From an uncultured virus (IMG/VR IMGVR_UViG_3300032331_001801) (lineage: Duplodnaviria > Heunggongvirae > Uroviricota > Caudoviricetes), in the IMG/VR virus record IMGVR_UViG_3300032331_001801: a DNA stretch of 61,140 nucleotides, one strand, 5' to 3'. The position numbers and the translations under genes were made by a program. Under the pieces are notes generated by a model that searched no databases, was not told the DNA's origin, and saw only the letters and a program-made list of their open reading frames with translations. Positions 8,578-18,528 of this stretch are shown one piece after another (position 1 is the stretch's first letter; each line of letters opens with the position of its first letter).

Positions 8578-9240
8578 TCACTTCTCCATTAATCTGTCAA
8601 CAAAGTTTAATAGTAATTTGCCGTGTGTGTCTCTGTGCCAATATTTGTGTAAGTATGGTTTATCGTACCAAAACTCTTGACTCTCTAAGTGTGGTCCAAC
8701 TAATCCTATACGTCCCTTGATAATTGCTGCTGGATCGTTGTTTGTGTACCTTGCAATGGTTTCAAAATTTGATTCGTTTCCGATAAATGCTGGTCCGTCA
8801 TAAAAGAAGAATCTATCGGTTGTTCCGTTCCAGTTACATTCAATTGCTTTGGAGTAGTATCTTCTGGTACACGTTTCAGGTCGTCTGATATACTGTTCGC
8901 AAGTGATGCTGCCCAATAAATTAAAGTAATGTTTATCAGCCCAATAAGCACCCATGCATACTCCAAGGTATCTACCACCATTTTGAACATACTTACGTAT
9001 ACTATTCCCGTTGTCCCTAAAAAGGAAATCATAGGCATCAGAATCACCAATACCACCAGCAAAGCAGACAATATCCACATCGTCAAAGAAGCCATCTTCA
9101 ATTTCGTGTTTAGTGAAAGTTTTGAAAACATAATGCTCCTCTAACGATTTAATAATACCGTTTACTGATTGTATTGAACATCGTGGATGATGAACAAATA
9201 GGGCAATTCTACCCCTCACATGCAAGGCATTCATTTCCAT
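8578..9240 (-). CDS. BPL_N-like class I glutamine amidotransferase-fold protein
   Basis: FAGG, GGRYLGVCMGAY (nucleophile Cys), GPHLE; true start may be slightly downstream. Confidence 0.75.
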   Translation of the reverse strand: MEMNALHVRGRIALFVHHPRCSIQSVNGIIKSLEEHYVFKTFTKHEIEDGFFDDVDIVCFAGGIGDSDAYDFLFRDNGNSIRKYVQNGGRYLGVCMGAYWADKHYFNLLGSITCEQYIRRPETCTRRYYSKAIECNWNGTTDRFFFYDGPAFIGNESNFETIARYTNNDPAAIIKGRIGLVGPHLESQEFWYDKPYLHKYWHRDTHGKLLLNFVDRLMEK

Positions 9241-11017
9241 CTGCTATAGATTTCAAATCAATTTCTTGTATGATGTTACGTTCAATTTTCTTCGAAACTT
9301 TATCTGCTTTCGCAAGTTTCTCAGAACGGCAATAATATAATGTTTTTAGTCCCCGCTTCCATGCCAAGAAATGACAAGCATGAAGATATTTTACATTTAC
9401 ATCAGGTCTAAAAAATAAATTTAATGATTGTGCTTGGTCGATAAACTGTTGTCTATCAGCAGCATGTTCAACAACCCACCGTTGGTCAATCTCCATAGAT
9501 GTTTTGAATACATCTTTAGTGTATTGATCCATCCAATCTAAATGTTGAACTGAACCATCGTTTGCAATAATCGATGACCAGATTTCATTGTAATCATCTG
9601 TAGAAATTGAACCATCAGGATTAGGATTCAAATGTTTTTCTATAACTCTATTTAAAAACTTATTCTTGTTTAGATATGCACCAGAAAGAGTGTCTTGGCG
9701 ATATGCATTTGCTCGATAAGGCTCAACGGATGGGGATGTGTTACCCATGAGAATAGAAGAAGAAGCATTGGGAGCAATAGCCATAAGATGACTGAATCGC
9801 TGTCCTGTGCCTTCTGCATCTGGTGCCTCACCACGTTCTTTGCCAAGTGCCAAGTTTGCTTCATCAAGTTTACTCCTGATGTGTTTAAAGACTTGCATAT
9901 TAATTGATTTTGCCAACGCAGATTCAAATGCTATCCCTTTCCCTTGTAGAAGAGCATGAAAACCAAGAGCACCGATACCAATGCTGCGCTCACGCATAGC
10001 GGAGTATTTTGCTCTTTCAATGCCGCTAGGAGCGTTAGCAATGAAATAGGTAAGAACGCAGTCAAGCATATCCGCAACGTCATGTAAAAACTGTGGGTCT
10101 TTTTTCCATTCATCATAATACTCCAAGTTTACTGAAGACAAGCAGCATACTGCTGTGCGTTGTTTGTCTGTCGGTAGAATAATTTCTGAACAAAGATTAG
10201 ATTGTTTAATACTTAAACCAAGTTTCTTTTGAAACTCTGGCATCATACGATTGCTTGTATCAATGAAGTGAATGTATGGTTCACCTGTGAGCATTCGTGT
10301 TTCAAGTATGCGTTGCCACAATTCACGTGCAGATACAACTTCACGCACTTCTTGAGTGTGTGGGTCTTTCAATTCCCATGAATCATCTGCTTCTGGATCA
10401 AGCATTGCTTTCTCAATCAACAGCATAAAGTCATCGGTAATATTGATACCATGATGAAGATTCAATGTGCGTAGATTTGGATCGCCTGTAGGTTTTCTCA
10501 TCTCAAGAAAATTAATAATATCGGGATGAGAAATATCCAGATAAGCAGCGTAAGACCCACGACGAGTGCGACCTTGACGATAAGCCAGAGAAGAAGCATC
10601 ATACGTTCTAAGGTGAGGCATGATACCAACAGACTTATCATCAGCAGAACGAATACCAAGACCAATTCCAACACCACCTCCTAACATTGATAACCAGTTT
10701 ACTTCTGAGAGGGTATTAACCAATCCTTCAGCAGAATCGTCCAGATAAGGTAAAAAACAAGAAATAGGCAACCCACGTTTAGAACGACCAAAAGAGAGAA
10801 TAGGAGTAGAATAAGATAACCAATGATTGCTACTATACTCATACAGTCTTTGAGCGTGTTCGGGACTACTGCTAAAAACTTTTGAAACATATGCAAACCT
10901 TTCTTGCGGTGAGGATTCATCCTCTTTCATATAACTTTCTTTTAGTCTTTTGATTCCCAACTCATCGAACAAGTTATCGCGTGTCAAATCTATCTTAATG
11001 CTGCTAATATCTACCAT
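9209..11017 (-). CDS. nrdA: ribonucleotide reductase class Ia alpha subunit (short form, no ATP cone)
   Basis: SNLCSEI, AIAPNASSS, GLKTLYY, C-terminal CLACEG. Confidence 0.95.
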   Translation of the reverse strand: MVDISSIKIDLTRDNLFDELGIKRLKESYMKEDESSPQERFAYVSKVFSSSPEHAQRLYEYSSNHWLSYSTPILSFGRSKRGLPISCFLPYLDDSAEGLVNTLSEVNWLSMLGGGVGIGLGIRSADDKSVGIMPHLRTYDASSLAYRQGRTRRGSYAAYLDISHPDIINFLEMRKPTGDPNLRTLNLHHGINITDDFMLLIEKAMLDPEADDSWELKDPHTQEVREVVSARELWQRILETRMLTGEPYIHFIDTSNRMMPEFQKKLGLSIKQSNLCSEIILPTDKQRTAVCCLSSVNLEYYDEWKKDPQFLHDVADMLDCVLTYFIANAPSGIERAKYSAMRERSIGIGALGFHALLQGKGIAFESALAKSINMQVFKHIRSKLDEANLALGKERGEAPDAEGTGQRFSHLMAIAPNASSSILMGNTSPSVEPYRANAYRQDTLSGAYLNKNKFLNRVIEKHLNPNPDGSISTDDYNEIWSSIIANDGSVQHLDWMDQYTKDVFKTSMEIDQRWVVEHAADRQQFIDQAQSLNLFFRPDVNVKYLHACHFLAWKRGLKTLYYCRSEKLAKADKVSKKIERNIIQEIDLKSIADGNECLACEG

Positions 11018-11030
11018 CTCATCTCCGTTG

Positions 11031-11687
11031 TTATTGTTGTTCTAGTGCCGTTACTACATTTGGAAACTGTGCTTCTATGATTCCCCAACATGCTTTTGCA
11101 ACTTCCATGTGTTCTTTCTGTGTGCCGTTTTCCATACGCAACTGACAGTAATGTATCCATGAACGCAGAGTGCCATTCATGTATAGTTTCGATTGTGTGT
11201 TGCCTTCTGGTAATACTGTTCTTGCTTGTTCCTTTGCAATACCATTTTCAATAGCCCAATTGTATGCATGTTCTGCATTATTGACTATCGTCTGTTGCAT
11301 CAAATTCCACTTGTTCTGCAATTCAACATCATCAGTTTCAATAGAATTTTGGCGATTCTTATTATCTTGCAGTCTGGCTTCACGTAATTCAAAACTTAAA
11401 TCTTTTGTGGGGTCAGCATATCGCTGGCTAAATTCCTGAAAGGAAAAGCTGCGGTGACGCAACATTTGTCTTGCTATATCCCTTGTTGTGTTTATCTCCA
11501 TTACGACACTCACCATTTCAAATGGTGACCAATGTTGATTTTTGATAAGATAACGAATAAGTTTATCGTTACCCTGTGTAGTGTTTTGATTGCTTGGGTT
11601 AGATACCCTAGCCATGTAAACAATCAAATCTTCTGCCGACTTGTGGTCATTAGAAGGTGCAGTAATACCAATCAATTTCACGTTCAT
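11031..11687 (-). CDS. thyX: FAD-dependent thymidylate synthase
   Basis: HWSPFE and RHRSFSFQEFSQRY motifs. Confidence 0.95.
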   Translation of the reverse strand: MNVKLIGITAPSNDHKSAEDLIVYMARVSNPSNQNTTQGNDKLIRYLIKNQHWSPFEMVSVVMEINTTRDIARQMLRHRSFSFQEFSQRYADPTKDLSFELREARLQDNKNRQNSIETDDVELQNKWNLMQQTIVNNAEHAYNWAIENGIAKEQARTVLPEGNTQSKLYMNGTLRSWIHYCQLRMENGTQKEHMEVAKACWGIIEAQFPNVVTALEQQ

Positions 11688-12724
11688 AATTTCTTCCAGA
11701 ATGTAAATTTCGCTATCGCCTCTAAACCTCTAAACGTATTACTATCTATGATATCTTGAATTTCACTATTTGGAATGCCATTAAGTATCATTTCATTGAT
11801 ATCTTTACCCTCCACATTATCTGGCCAAATAACGACATAATGGTCGGATTTAATAGCATTTTCGAACAACTTACATACTTCTTTATTTCTTGGCTCATTG
11901 TCGAAAATTAATACTAATTTCTTTGCTTTAATATTTTTTGCAGTGATTGAAAGATTTGCATCACCCGATGCTAAACAATTCTTCAAAAATAAACTGTCTA
12001 TTGGACCTTCTACCAGATACACAGTCTCATCTAAGTTTACTCTTTCTAAACCATATGTAAGTTTGTCATCACTATCATCAGTACGTAATGTTACATACCG
12101 CAGAGTTTTATCGGATGTTTCTAATGCACGACCAGATACTGCAACCAACTGATTATGACGATCATAAAAAGGAATAATTAATCGTGCATCATTAGCTAAA
12201 GCTTTACCATGATTAGGTATTAATGCATCACAAAAGTCTTTGTACTTGCTTGTGAATAACAGTAAGTCATAGGATTCTTTTGGTAGTAAACGATTCTCGA
12301 CATAGTTTAAACAAAAATGTCCACTCGGCAGTTTGCTGACCCATTCTGCATGGTCGAATATAGTTTGCTTCTGGAGTTTGCCAAATCGTGGTGGTGGGAT
12401 GTTGAATGTGGGTGCAGTGTTAGATTTGCGGATATAGGTGTTGGATTCACCCGATTTATACTTTTCGAGGACATATTCTCCATGCAACGCAGGATCGACA
12501 TGCTTGACGAGATTGTATACATTCGTACCTAATCCACAGTTATAACATTTAAAGAATAAATCATTACCCTTGGCGTAGACATAGCCACGGGCTTTAAGTT
12601 TATTCTTTTGGGAATCGCCACAATATGGGCAAGAGAAGTTCCAGACATAAGTATTCTTCTGCTTAAAGTTGCGTAAGCGTGAAGATATTAGTCGAACAAA
12701 TTTCGAATCTGTAGAGAGTGCCAT
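11684..12724 (-). CDS. DNA primase (T4 gp61-like)
   Basis: CPYCGDS...CYNC zinc finger; EGPIDSLF and DNEPRN TOPRIM motifs. Confidence 0.93.
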   Translation of the reverse strand: MALSTDSKFVRLISSRLRNFKQKNTYVWNFSCPYCGDSQKNKLKARGYVYAKGNDLFFKCYNCGLGTNVYNLVKHVDPALHGEYVLEKYKSGESNTYIRKSNTAPTFNIPPPRFGKLQKQTIFDHAEWVSKLPSGHFCLNYVENRLLPKESYDLLLFTSKYKDFCDALIPNHGKALANDARLIIPFYDRHNQLVAVSGRALETSDKTLRYVTLRTDDSDDKLTYGLERVNLDETVYLVEGPIDSLFLKNCLASGDANLSITAKNIKAKKLVLIFDNEPRNKEVCKLFENAIKSDHYVVIWPDNVEGKDINEMILNGIPNSEIQDIIDSNTFRGLEAIAKFTFWKKL

Positions 12725-12730
12725 TTATAC

Positions 12731-12759
12731 ATGATAACATTGTTGCTCAAGTAAGTCAA
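12731..12759 (-). promoter_or_regulatory. sigma70-type promoter
   Basis: TTGACT-N17-TATCAT upstream of primase. Confidence 0.6.
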
Positions 12760-12760
12760 T

Positions 12761-13192
12761 TTATTGAAAAAGTTTAGCCAACATTTCCAATTTGACATTC
12801 GATACTAACCATGCAAATACGATAACACCGCCAGCCACCATCCATCGCCACTGCGATAGTTTTAGCATATCGGCTTCTTCTTTTTCATTATGTTCATCTA
12901 TACATTCACGGAGTGCTTTAATTTCGTCCATGATGCGGCGTTCTGTCAATTCTATCTTATCTGATAGATTTCGGTCAACAGTTGTAATACGGGAATGAAG
13001 TTCTTTGATATCGCTCACGGTCTGCTCTTTTCTCTTATCCATATCTTGATAAATCTGACCAGCCAAATCCAATTGGTTATCCGCGAGTTTTTCAATAACT
13101 CTATCCATTTTAGAGCAAAGTTCAGTGAGTGTATTGACTTTTTCTTTCAATACACTCACATCCACTTTTAGATCAACTTCCACTTGTTCCAT
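12761..13192 (-). CDS. coiled-coil protein with C-terminal TM helix (possible holin or lysis accessory)
   Basis: Heptad-rich body, C-terminal WRWMVAGGVIVFAWLV; lies at the end of the lysis cassette. Confidence 0.6.
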   Translation of the reverse strand: MEQVEVDLKVDVSVLKEKVNTLTELCSKMDRVIEKLADNQLDLAGQIYQDMDKRKEQTVSDIKELHSRITTVDRNLSDKIELTERRIMDEIKALRECIDEHNEKEEADMLKLSQWRWMVAGGVIVFAWLVSNVKLEMLAKLFQ

Positions 13193-13193
13193 T

Positions 13194-13391
13194 TTACTTT
13201 TTATCGGGGATTGCCGTGGCATCTAGTTTTTTGTGGACTTTGATAGTCTTACAAACCTGTTTTTCTTTTTTGGTTTTACTATCAACTTCTTTCACACACA
13301 CCTTTTTCTCTTCAGCAGCAAATGCTGCTTTGGTTAGTGGTGCAAAGAGTAGAAACAAAATCATAGAACCGACTAGAAATTCTTTTTTCAT
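13194..13391 (-). CDS. small exported protein
   Basis: Signal peptide, two Cys, Lys-rich. Confidence 0.7.
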   Translation of the reverse strand: MKKEFLVGSMILFLLFAPLTKAAFAAEEKKVCVKEVDSKTKKEKQVCKTIKVHKKLDATAIPDKK

Positions 13392-13868
13392 TTAAATCTC
13401 CGGATGTGGGGGTTGAGCAGGTGCAGGTTTACCACCAAAACCAACGATAGGTTCTGTTGATGCAACTGCTGATGTTGTTGTCATGGTGCCACCCGCACCA
13501 ACTGGTACAGAGGTCACAACTGCTTCAGGTGCAGGTGTTTTTGCAACCGATGGTGGTTCAGGTGGTGGTGTATAAGGTTTGGAAGCAGCATCTAGTGCTT
13601 TTGCTCTCAAATCTTTATCATCACCTGCCAACATAATACCTGACAATGTACCCGTCAAGAATGTGGCAATAGGAATAATAAGTTCAAAAAACTTGTTATC
13701 AACAGGACTCATCCCATTCATAGGTTGAGTCACAAAAATTAAGCTGTACAGCACAACAAACACAATTCCAAAAAGAGTAAGACCTAAAATAAGACCGATA
13801 AAGAACTTCAATCGTGCATTCAGTTCCTCGGTTGTATATCTTTCTCCAGACCATAATTCGTTAATCAT
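13392..13868 (-). CDS. two-TM membrane protein (holin candidate)
   Basis: Two hydrophobic segments, Pro-rich C-tail, located downstream of the endolysin. Confidence 0.6.
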   Translation of the reverse strand: MINELWSGERYTTEELNARLKFFIGLILGLTLFGIVFVVLYSLIFVTQPMNGMSPVDNKFFELIIPIATFLTGTLSGIMLAGDDKDLRAKALDAASKPYTPPPEPPSVAKTPAPEAVVTSVPVGAGGTMTTTSAVASTEPIVGFGGKPAPAQPPHPEI

Positions 13869-14056
13869 TTTTCTCCTCCAGTTTTATCTTTTACATAGTG
13901 TTTTAAATCTTCAGGGCATGTGCCATTTGCTGTGCAATATGGTTTTTGGCATATCTTTTCTCCCCAATTTTCGGGGTCTTGACATGGATAACGATAGCGT
14001 TCATTACATGCAAAGAGAGTAAGTGGTAACAATAGAATTAGTATATATCTGATCAT
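13865..14056 (-). CDS. small lipoprotein
   Basis: Lipobox LFAC; RYRYPCQDPENW, four further Cys. Confidence 0.7.
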   Translation of the reverse strand: MIRYILILLLPLTLFACNERYRYPCQDPENWGEKICQKPYCTANGTCPEDLKHYVKDKTGGEK

Positions 14057-14670
14057 TATGCCCCCAATACATGCAAAGCATGTGCATAATGTTTCTTGCG
14101 ATCCTCTAAACCTATGGTACCCCCATTAATGATCTTAGTCATTTTTTCGATGTCAGATTTATCTGCCCACTGATTTAGTTTATTTGTCTCCCAAAACCAA
14201 CATGCGCTCTGACATGCACCTTCGAAGGATTGCATGTATTCTGCGGCTTCTTCAGGTGTGATCTCAAGTGATGCAGCAAACCAAGTATAGTTTGTTTTCC
14301 CGGTCAATTGGATTAATCCCCGGCCACGGTATTTGTACCCCTCACCAGATGCTTCATTACCATTACCCATACGATCTGCGTAAATCTTATTGGCTATTTT
14401 TTGAGGATTCTTTTCGTATGCTTTAGCAGTACCAATATCTTTGAAGTATTTTCCAAATATCTTCATTAGACTTTCTGCTTTGTAATTTAAATTCTCAGAG
14501 AGAAAAATAAAATTGCCACTCTCATGTGCACACTGAGCAATAAATGCTGCAATACGCTGCGGTGTGTTAATTTCGTAATCCGGTAGCAATTGACTCAGAG
14601 CATGATGCCATTGGTCAATGTATGGATTTTTTGGAAGCAATTCTTTTAATTGTTGTTTTGTCAGTTCCAT
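14056..14670 (-). CDS. endolysin, glycoside hydrolase family 19
   Basis: AAFIAQCAHES, ENLNY, YRGRGLIQLTGKTNY, INGGTIGLEDR. Confidence 0.92.
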   Translation of the reverse strand: MELTKQQLKELLPKNPYIDQWHHALSQLLPDYEINTPQRIAAFIAQCAHESGNFIFLSENLNYKAESLMKIFGKYFKDIGTAKAYEKNPQKIANKIYADRMGNGNEASGEGYKYRGRGLIQLTGKTNYTWFAASLEITPEEAAEYMQSFEGACQSACWFWETNKLNQWADKSDIEKMTKIINGGTIGLEDRKKHYAHALHVLGA

Positions 14671-14682
14671 TTGTAATCCTTA

Positions 14683-14943
14683 TTATTTTACAGAATCAAA
14701 TATTTCTTTTTGTGCCTTAAACCACTCCATCCACAAATCATTCTTATCACTGCACTTGTGATATTCAAAATAATTATCCGTAACAACCCCAACTACTTCA
14801 CTTAACTTGGTTGTTCCTTCTTTGATCTGTGTCAGTGGAGGGCAAGGTGCCATTAGTACGTCAGGTACTTCTGGAAACTTACGCGCCACTGGCACAGTTG
14901 TACTACAACCTGCAAGCAGCAAAAGAATCAATAGTTTCTTCAT
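14683..14943 (-). CDS. outer-membrane spanin (Rz1-like lipoprotein)
   Basis: Lipobox LAGC, Pro-rich; follows the i-spanin with an ATGA overlap. Confidence 0.8.
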   Translation of the reverse strand: MKKLLILLLLAGCSTTVPVARKFPEVPDVLMAPCPPLTQIKEGTTKLSEVVGVVTDNYFEYHKCSDKNDLWMEWFKAQKEIFDSVK

Positions 14944-15380
14944 GGTTTTTTCGCTGCCTCATTTAAGATGCTTATGACTGTGGGATCAAGTTCGCATTTT
15001 GCGTCAATAACTTTTTCCCTCTCTTTAATCTTTTCGACAATTCTCTCTCTTGTCTCTGTGACTTTTTGGATTCGATCTCGGTATTTTGTTTCGATAACCA
15101 CATTTGTCTGTCGTGATTTCTCTTCTGCATCTTTCACTTTCTCCTCTAGTTCCGCTACACGTTGTCTCCAATCTTGCTCTACGCTATAGCCTCCTTTCCA
15201 GTACAAACCGATACAAAATAAAAGGATTGAAACTATCTTGATGATAGTCGCATATGTTCCAACAAAAGGTATTTTACCGCCAATGAAACCTATCACCATG
15301 CCAATTAGTCCAGTGACCAATAGTGCATGAATTATGAGAATTAGAAATGATTCTGGTAATAGATGCATCATCCACATCAT
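14940..15380 (-). CDS. inner-membrane spanin (Rz-like)
   Basis: N-terminal TM segments plus a periplasmic coiled coil, adjacent to lipoprotein and endolysin. Confidence 0.75.
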   Translation of the reverse strand: MMWMMHLLPESFLILIIHALLVTGLIGMVIGFIGGKIPFVGTYATIIKIVSILLFCIGLYWKGGYSVEQDWRQRVAELEEKVKDAEEKSRQTNVVIETKYRDRIQKVTETRERIVEKIKEREKVIDAKCELDPTVISILNEAAKKP

Positions 15381-15604
15381 TTAGGCATCTTTCGACTCAT
15401 GTATGATATGAATGTTGCTATCTTCTTTTTCTTGACACCAGGTTCGCCTTTGGGTCCAACACCCAAACCAGCAATTTGACCACCACCTACGGCATTGGTA
15501 GGTGCACCACCTGCCATTCCATCTTCTTGGAGTGGTTTGCAGACTTTATCGGTATTGCACCAATATTGACCAGCACCACATTGTTTTTTGAATTCGTTAG
15601 ACAT
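15377..15604 (-). CDS. hypothetical protein
   Basis: 75 aa, APTNAVGGGQIAGLG; follows a late promoter. Confidence 0.7.
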   Translation of the reverse strand: MSNEFKKQCGAGQYWCNTDKVCKPLQEDGMAGGAPTNAVGGGQIAGLGVGPKGEPGVKKKKIATFISYMSRKMPK

Positions 15605-15609
15605 GAGTT

Positions 15610-15617
15610 TATTTATA
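15610..15617 (-). promoter_or_regulatory. T4-type late promoter
   Basis: TATAAATA upstream of the lysis cassette. Confidence 0.7.
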
Positions 15618-15622
15618 ATTGA

Positions 15623-16306
15623 TTAAAAAGGATTCAATGCTGAACTTGTCATACTACCAACGTTACTGACTGTGAAGTTATTATCTGAACTATCTTTTAA
15701 GAAGTTTGCGTCATTAGTTGTGTTTAATAATAACTGTGTTCCTGCAATCTTAGTTAATGGAGTTGTAGGTGGTGTGAATGCAGACGGATATACTGATGTA
15801 CCTTTAACAACTCTAAAATTACTCATACGACCAGTGAAATAACCATTACCTTGATCTACACTATAACCAATGTCCATTGCTCTATTTGATGCACTATTGT
15901 ATCCAATACCATTCTGCGACATTACAGAACTTCCATTTACATAGAGTGTAATAGTTCCGCTTGTTCTCACCAATGCTATATGATGCCAATTATTTATTGT
16001 TATTACTGTATTAGTAGCACTTTGGTATAAACCACCTGTACCAAAATAGAAAATGCCACCGTTACCATTAAAATCCACATTATCGGTATTGGAATCGAAA
16101 AACCACAAGCGTCCTGAAAGACTTGTAGGATATACGAAAGTTTCTATAGTAAAGTCGTTTGTTCCAAACGCAAACGCAGCATTTGATGCTAGTCTTAGAT
16201 ACTGACTGCTACCATTGAATCCTAAACTACCACTTGCAATTGCAGCAGTAGTGGATGGTCTTATGTATATACCTGTGCCTAATCGTATACCTGTGCCGAT
16301 TCTCAT
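15623..16306 (-). CDS. LamG/concanavalin A-like domain protein (likely virion)
   Basis: FGTNDFTIETFVYP, WHHIALVR, FTGRMSNFRV. Confidence 0.85.
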   Translation of the reverse strand: MRIGTGIRLGTGIYIRPSTTAAIASGSLGFNGSSQYLRLASNAAFAFGTNDFTIETFVYPTSLSGRLWFFDSNTDNVDFNGNGGIFYFGTGGLYQSATNTVITINNWHHIALVRTSGTITLYVNGSSVMSQNGIGYNSASNRAMDIGYSVDQGNGYFTGRMSNFRVVKGTSVYPSAFTPPTTPLTKIAGTQLLLNTTNDANFLKDSSDNNFTVSNVGSMTSSALNPF

Positions 16307-17062
16307 TTATATTCCGTAAGTATCTTTAACTGCATTGTAATTCTGAGTTATCTCAGCACCAGACAATGCTTTGTTATACACCCGCATCTGATAAAAAACT
16401 GGATATAGTGCGGAATCTGAGTTGTTTAGTGTATCTCCTCCAAAACCTATACCGTCATTATTATGCCTTGCCCCAAAATAAAAATCATTTGTTGCAAAGA
16501 GTGTTTGATTACCAATAGTATCAGTTGTTCCAACTTGTGAACCATTTAAAAATAGACTAATTTGTGTGCCATTGATAACAAAAATCCAATGTCTTATAGC
16601 ATTACTAGCAGTTATGGATTTATTAACTTCACCATTAGGAATACCATAACTTATAGTTGTTGAAGAATCCAAATATGCTAGGTATCCGCTGTTAGTATCA
16701 TAAAGTTCATTAGCCCAAATAGTTGCCCAAAACATTGTTGGATTAAATGAAGCAACCACTTCAACTGTTACAGTATTTGAAGCAATATTGTAAGGAACAC
16801 TAATATAATCCGTGCTTTCATAGGCTGACAGATTGTTCAATCTTATACCACCACCATTGTTTGACACATACGATGGAGAACCTAAAAGTGTTGCATTACG
16901 GCCATTGCCACTAGAATCAGTCCATGTTGAACCAGTTGATGGTGCAGTTGCTAAGTTAAATTGCAGACCTGAAGTTACGATTGATGGTGGTGGTGGCGCA
17001 GCAGGTACATTAGAATCTACATAGATTCCATTGGTAATTGTTATTCCTGGTCCGATTATCAT
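16307..17062 (-). CDS. LamG/concanavalin A-like domain protein (likely virion)
   Basis: WTDSSGNGRNATL...RVYNKALSGAEITQNYNA. Confidence 0.85.
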   Translation of the reverse strand: MIIGPGITITNGIYVDSNVPAAPPPPSIVTSGLQFNLATAPSTGSTWTDSSGNGRNATLLGSPSYVSNNGGGIRLNNLSAYESTDYISVPYNIASNTVTVEVVASFNPTMFWATIWANELYDTNSGYLAYLDSSTTISYGIPNGEVNKSITASNAIRHWIFVINGTQISLFLNGSQVGTTDTIGNQTLFATNDFYFGARHNNDGIGFGGDTLNNSDSALYPVFYQMRVYNKALSGAEITQNYNAVKDTYGI

Positions 17063-17451
17063 TTTAGTGTTCTAAGGACATCTGCAACAGGCATGTCGAT
17101 TGATATGTCAGATGATATGATATCTTTTCCATGTATTCCTCTGACACGTTCTGGCATTAAATTTAGAAATGTCAAATATGTTTTCAGTATACTGTGATCA
17201 TCTTTTGACATACGAAAAAATAACAATCTGGTTGTGACTTCTGGTCCAAACAGATTGTTTAATACTACAATGTGGTTTAGTATAAGACGCTCACGCATCT
17301 CACCATGCTTACGATATCTTCGGAATAAACGTTTTAAATAATTTAACCTTTTCATATCTTCAGTAAACTCACTCATTACACAGTTTGGTTTGTCATATGC
17401 TTTTACTGCATAGAGTATGACATTCTCATCGGTTAAATCATCAAAGTACAT
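17059..17451 (-). CDS. conserved T4-like hypothetical protein
   Basis: AYDKPNC..EFTEDMKRLNYLKRLF..ERLILNHI, recognisable from T4-like myoviruses. Confidence 0.75.
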   Translation of the reverse strand: MYFDDLTDENVILYAVKAYDKPNCVMSEFTEDMKRLNYLKRLFRRYRKHGEMRERLILNHIVVLNNLFGPEVTTRLLFFRMSKDDHSILKTYLTFLNLMPERVRGIHGKDIISSDISIDMPVADVLRTLK

Positions 17452-17810
17452 TATTCCTCGGTTTCTTCCTCCACATCCGACAAAATCTCTTCTATACCTT
17501 CATCGTTTGTGATTTCAGCATGGAATTCGTAATTACCATCGTCGGTGAGATAATAAATGAAATACAGATAAACTCCAGCATCTAGTTCATAAATGCTTTC
17601 ATCACCGTCTGTATCTAAATCTTCAAATGCTGGAAAATCTATACTGTAACGTGATAGAACTTTCCGCATCCGTTGAACACCACCTTCTGGTGTCATCATA
17701 ATAGTACTATCTATTTCATTCAATAATGCGCGATTAATCTCCGCTTCGACTTGTGGGTCAGAAAACGGAGATTCCTCTACATGACTTTGAAGATAGCTTT
17801 TAAACTTCAT
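17451..17810 (-). CDS. hypothetical protein with capsid-targeting-like N-terminus
   Basis: MKFKSYLQSHVEE start. Confidence 0.65.
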   Translation of the reverse strand: MKFKSYLQSHVEESPFSDPQVEAEINRALLNEIDSTIMMTPEGGVQRMRKVLSRYSIDFPAFEDLDTDGDESIYELDAGVYLYFIYYLTDDGNYEFHAEITNDEGIEEILSDVEEETEE

Positions 17811-18481
17811 TAACTATCAGGATAGTTGCTATCATCAGATGCAGTTGCATCGCCAACAATTGAACCCATTGCTACCAGAGTTTCTTGCTGTACACGGTTA
17901 GCACGACCACCCATAGTGATAGTGAATACAGCATTTGAATATGATGATGTAGAAATTGCAGCAGTATTTTCAACATATGTTAACGATGTATATACGTTTG
18001 CAATTACTGGCGTATTTGCATATGAACTTCCACCACTCACTGATACGTTTACAATATGACCTGTGGTATTTACATACACACGGGCATTAGCAGCAGTGTT
18101 GCCTGTCATACCAGCAGGTGCGCCAGACGAACCTCCAACAAATGTGATAAAACTATTCACTGCAATAGCAGCAGCATTTGCTGTGATTGTTGTGATGGGT
18201 CCAGTAAATGCAATACGTTCAACCCAACCAGCATGAGTGACAGTACGACCATCACCAGTTGAAAATTGTGAATTCGCTTCTGTAGTGTCCACACCAAAAA
18301 TACCAGTTGCTACACCCTCACGCCAGAAACCAATTGTTGTGTTGCCGTATATACCAGCAATCTGACCGTTAGCCGCATTTGCAGTTACCGATGAATTGGC
18401 ACTTACATTGGGCGTATAACCACCTGCATCCCAAAAAATTGGTGCGTTGTTAGAGGCATCTATATTTCCCCAAAGTGACAT
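17810..18481 (-). CDS. putative virion structural protein
   Basis: MSLWG start, THAGWV, RVQQETLVAM; G/A/T/N-rich. Confidence 0.65.
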   Translation of the reverse strand: MSLWGNIDASNNAPIFWDAGGYTPNVSANSSVTANAANGQIAGIYGNTTIGFWREGVATGIFGVDTTEANSQFSTGDGRTVTHAGWVERIAFTGPITTITANAAAIAVNSFITFVGGSSGAPAGMTGNTAANARVYVNTTGHIVNVSVSGGSSYANTPVIANVYTSLTYVENTAAISTSSYSNAVFTITMGGRANRVQQETLVAMGSIVGDATASDDSNYPDS

Positions 18482-18513
18482 GTTTTTCTCCTAAAAAAAT
18501 CTATTTGATTTGT

Positions 18514-18521
18514 TATTTATG
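18514..18521 (-). promoter_or_regulatory. late promoter variant
   Basis: CATAAATA in the intergenic gap. Confidence 0.5.
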
Positions 18522-18528
18522 TTATTCG

